Sequence record: MF498774.1
Strand: one strand, 5' to 3'
DNA length: 64,000 nt
Position numbers and translations under genes: made by a program. Below are positions 62,186 to 64,000 of the stretch, piece after piece (position 1 is the stretch's first letter; every line of letters begins with the position of its first letter). The notes under the pieces are model-generated. The model saw nothing but the letters and a program-made list of their open reading frames with translations, ran no database searches and was not told where the DNA came from.

Positions 62186-64000
62186 TTAAACATAAAGGGT
62201 TTTGATATCAGAGCGATTTTTCATTTCTTCCACTTGGGAATTTGCAACTCGTATAGTTTCATTCCTCGGGTAGGAACAACTAAACGGAATGCATTCGTCA
62301 ACCAAGTAATCCATAACCTTTTTCTTGGCCTTAGAAGGATCCATAGCAGAGACCAAAAATCTTTCCATACCGTTAACCGTTTTCATCACAACAATATAAT
62401 TGAAGAAATTCATGTTAATTACCTCGTTAATTTCGATATAGATATCTTACCAGAACAGAACACTGAGTCAATCAATAATTTCAGAGGAACCACATCATAT
62501 TCGTCAAACTTGACATACGGGGTTCACCAGATTCATAAACCCCATATTCCCCAGTGAAAGTGATGACGTTACCGTCTTTGATTTTCATGATTAACCCCTT
62601 TGAACTTTAGCAACGTTTTTCTTGAACTCTTCGACTTTCTTTTCCATCAACTCAACAAAAGTAACCGGGGCCTTGCGAGCTTTAGCAGCATCAAGCTGGT
62701 CTTCCAGATCGAACAGCTCACGAGTGACGTAGAGTTGAGCAATGGTTAGGGTGTATTTGTCGGCCTGCTCGTCGGTCATATCAGCAACAACACCATAGTT
62801 CTGACCGTTGGCGATATCAACACCGTGCTCAGGACGGAAGTGGTTACCGAGCATTGCACCAGTTTCTGGATGACACAGGGTCATTTGCTTCTTACCACAG
62901 GATTTCACAACAGCACGGGACCATGAGAAGGTGCCTTTACCGTCTACGCTTGCAACCTGAATAACAACCTGACCTTTGGTGAATGCTTTCATGATTTCTT
63001 CCTTTCCGTCTCTCGTTTCGATATGGATATAGTAGCACAACCAGTTTTCAAAACAACTAATTTATCGGTATATCTTCAACAAATCTCCATTCCAGTTTCT
63101 CATTTTGCTGCTGTCTCGTTCTGCACGGAGTTCACACTGGCGATTGTGATAAGCTCGAACTTCTTGATTATGCATATCCAGTTCCAGATTTGCAACACGC
63201 ACCAGAGTAGAAAGAGTCGAGTCCGGAATAGTACACTCTTTACGAGCGTTATCCATATGGTTTTCGTAAAGGTCATCAAACGGGATATCGCAGTAGCCAT
63301 TAGCTACATTACTCATATTGGCATAGTGTCCTGCTACGGATTTCATATGGCGATTGACTTCATATGAACTATTACTCTGTAGTAGCCAACATTTGTTAAC
63401 CGGGTCGAAAACAATCATATTGCTTGAATGACGATCCGAATAATGAATCTGCTGTTCAGATGTCTTGTTCAACCAAGACCAACATTGGGCGGGAACATTA
63501 CCAATACGATCAGGGAATTTCTTGTTTACATAGTCACATGCGATAGCAATATCAACCGGATGAGACAATCGAAAACACCAATACTTCATAGCTTTATATC
63601 CTTTTATTTCAAAATAAATTCTACGATATCATAATCATCTGGTTTGATATATGTGTATATGTCATCATTACTATTAGCCAATGCATCCTTTACATCGTTG
63701 ATGTTGGATTCTGTATAGGGAAACAAAGCGGTATCAGCATCGGTATCGTCCACCAAATAAGTACAATCACCACCCACATCCAGTTGAGCCAACTTACCAG
63801 TCTTCTTATGTTTTAACGCATAGAGAATCATATTTTATTCCTCAAACAGCCAGTTGCGAACGTGGTCACGCATAACCCCGTACATGTATTTGGTCATTTC
63901 ATCAGCTGCGATATCATTGTCACAAGCATCATAATCGATTACCCGACCGAAGAAGTTGCGGAGCGCAATACATTGAGAATTGCGCAACTCTTGTCCTTCC
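62186..64000 (-). other. Hypothetical genes 62186-62413, 62591-62992, 63062-63589, 63604-63831 and an ORF cut by the window edge
   Basis: ORF track. Confidence 0.65.

Noticed and set aside
1-64000. CRISPR array or other repeat-spacer guide array
   Set aside because: No series of three or more regularly spaced direct repeats; repeats found are pairs or protein-level.

Overview
This is a 64-kb segment of a lytic T4-related myophage genome, probably infecting Gammaproteobacteria. All calls come from motif recognition and manual reading; no database search was run. Positions 1-18.7 kb are on the + strand. They hold a late head/baseplate/tail block (gp4, gp2, gp54, gp26, gp51-like, gp29-like tape measure, gp3), dNMP kinase gp1, gp57A and a J-domain protein. 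Next comes a 10-tRNA island interleaved with several ORF-free, stem-rich segments that look like non-coding RNAs. The + strand block ends with a P-loop kinase, Hoc, a ParB-like protein and thymidine kinase. Positions 18.7-64 kb are on the - strand. They hold lysozyme, a long tail fibre, spanins, a macrodomain, a Mom-like DNA modifier, AsiA, topoisomerase gp52, Ndd, YqeY, an adenine methyltransferase, two ADP-ribosyltransferase-like proteins and roughly 100 small accessory genes, many behind duplicated sigma70 promoter cassettes. The main leads are: (1) a T-TTT-TTC -1 frameshift site that would fuse gp26 to a start-less gp51 just before the tape measure gene, like lambda G/GT; (2) candidate large structured RNAs in the tRNA island; (3) a tRNA-Gly with inverted tertiary pairs; (4) a 12-member paralog family starting K[IV]RFK; (5) a two-copy origin-like element whose GC-rich module is flipped between copies.
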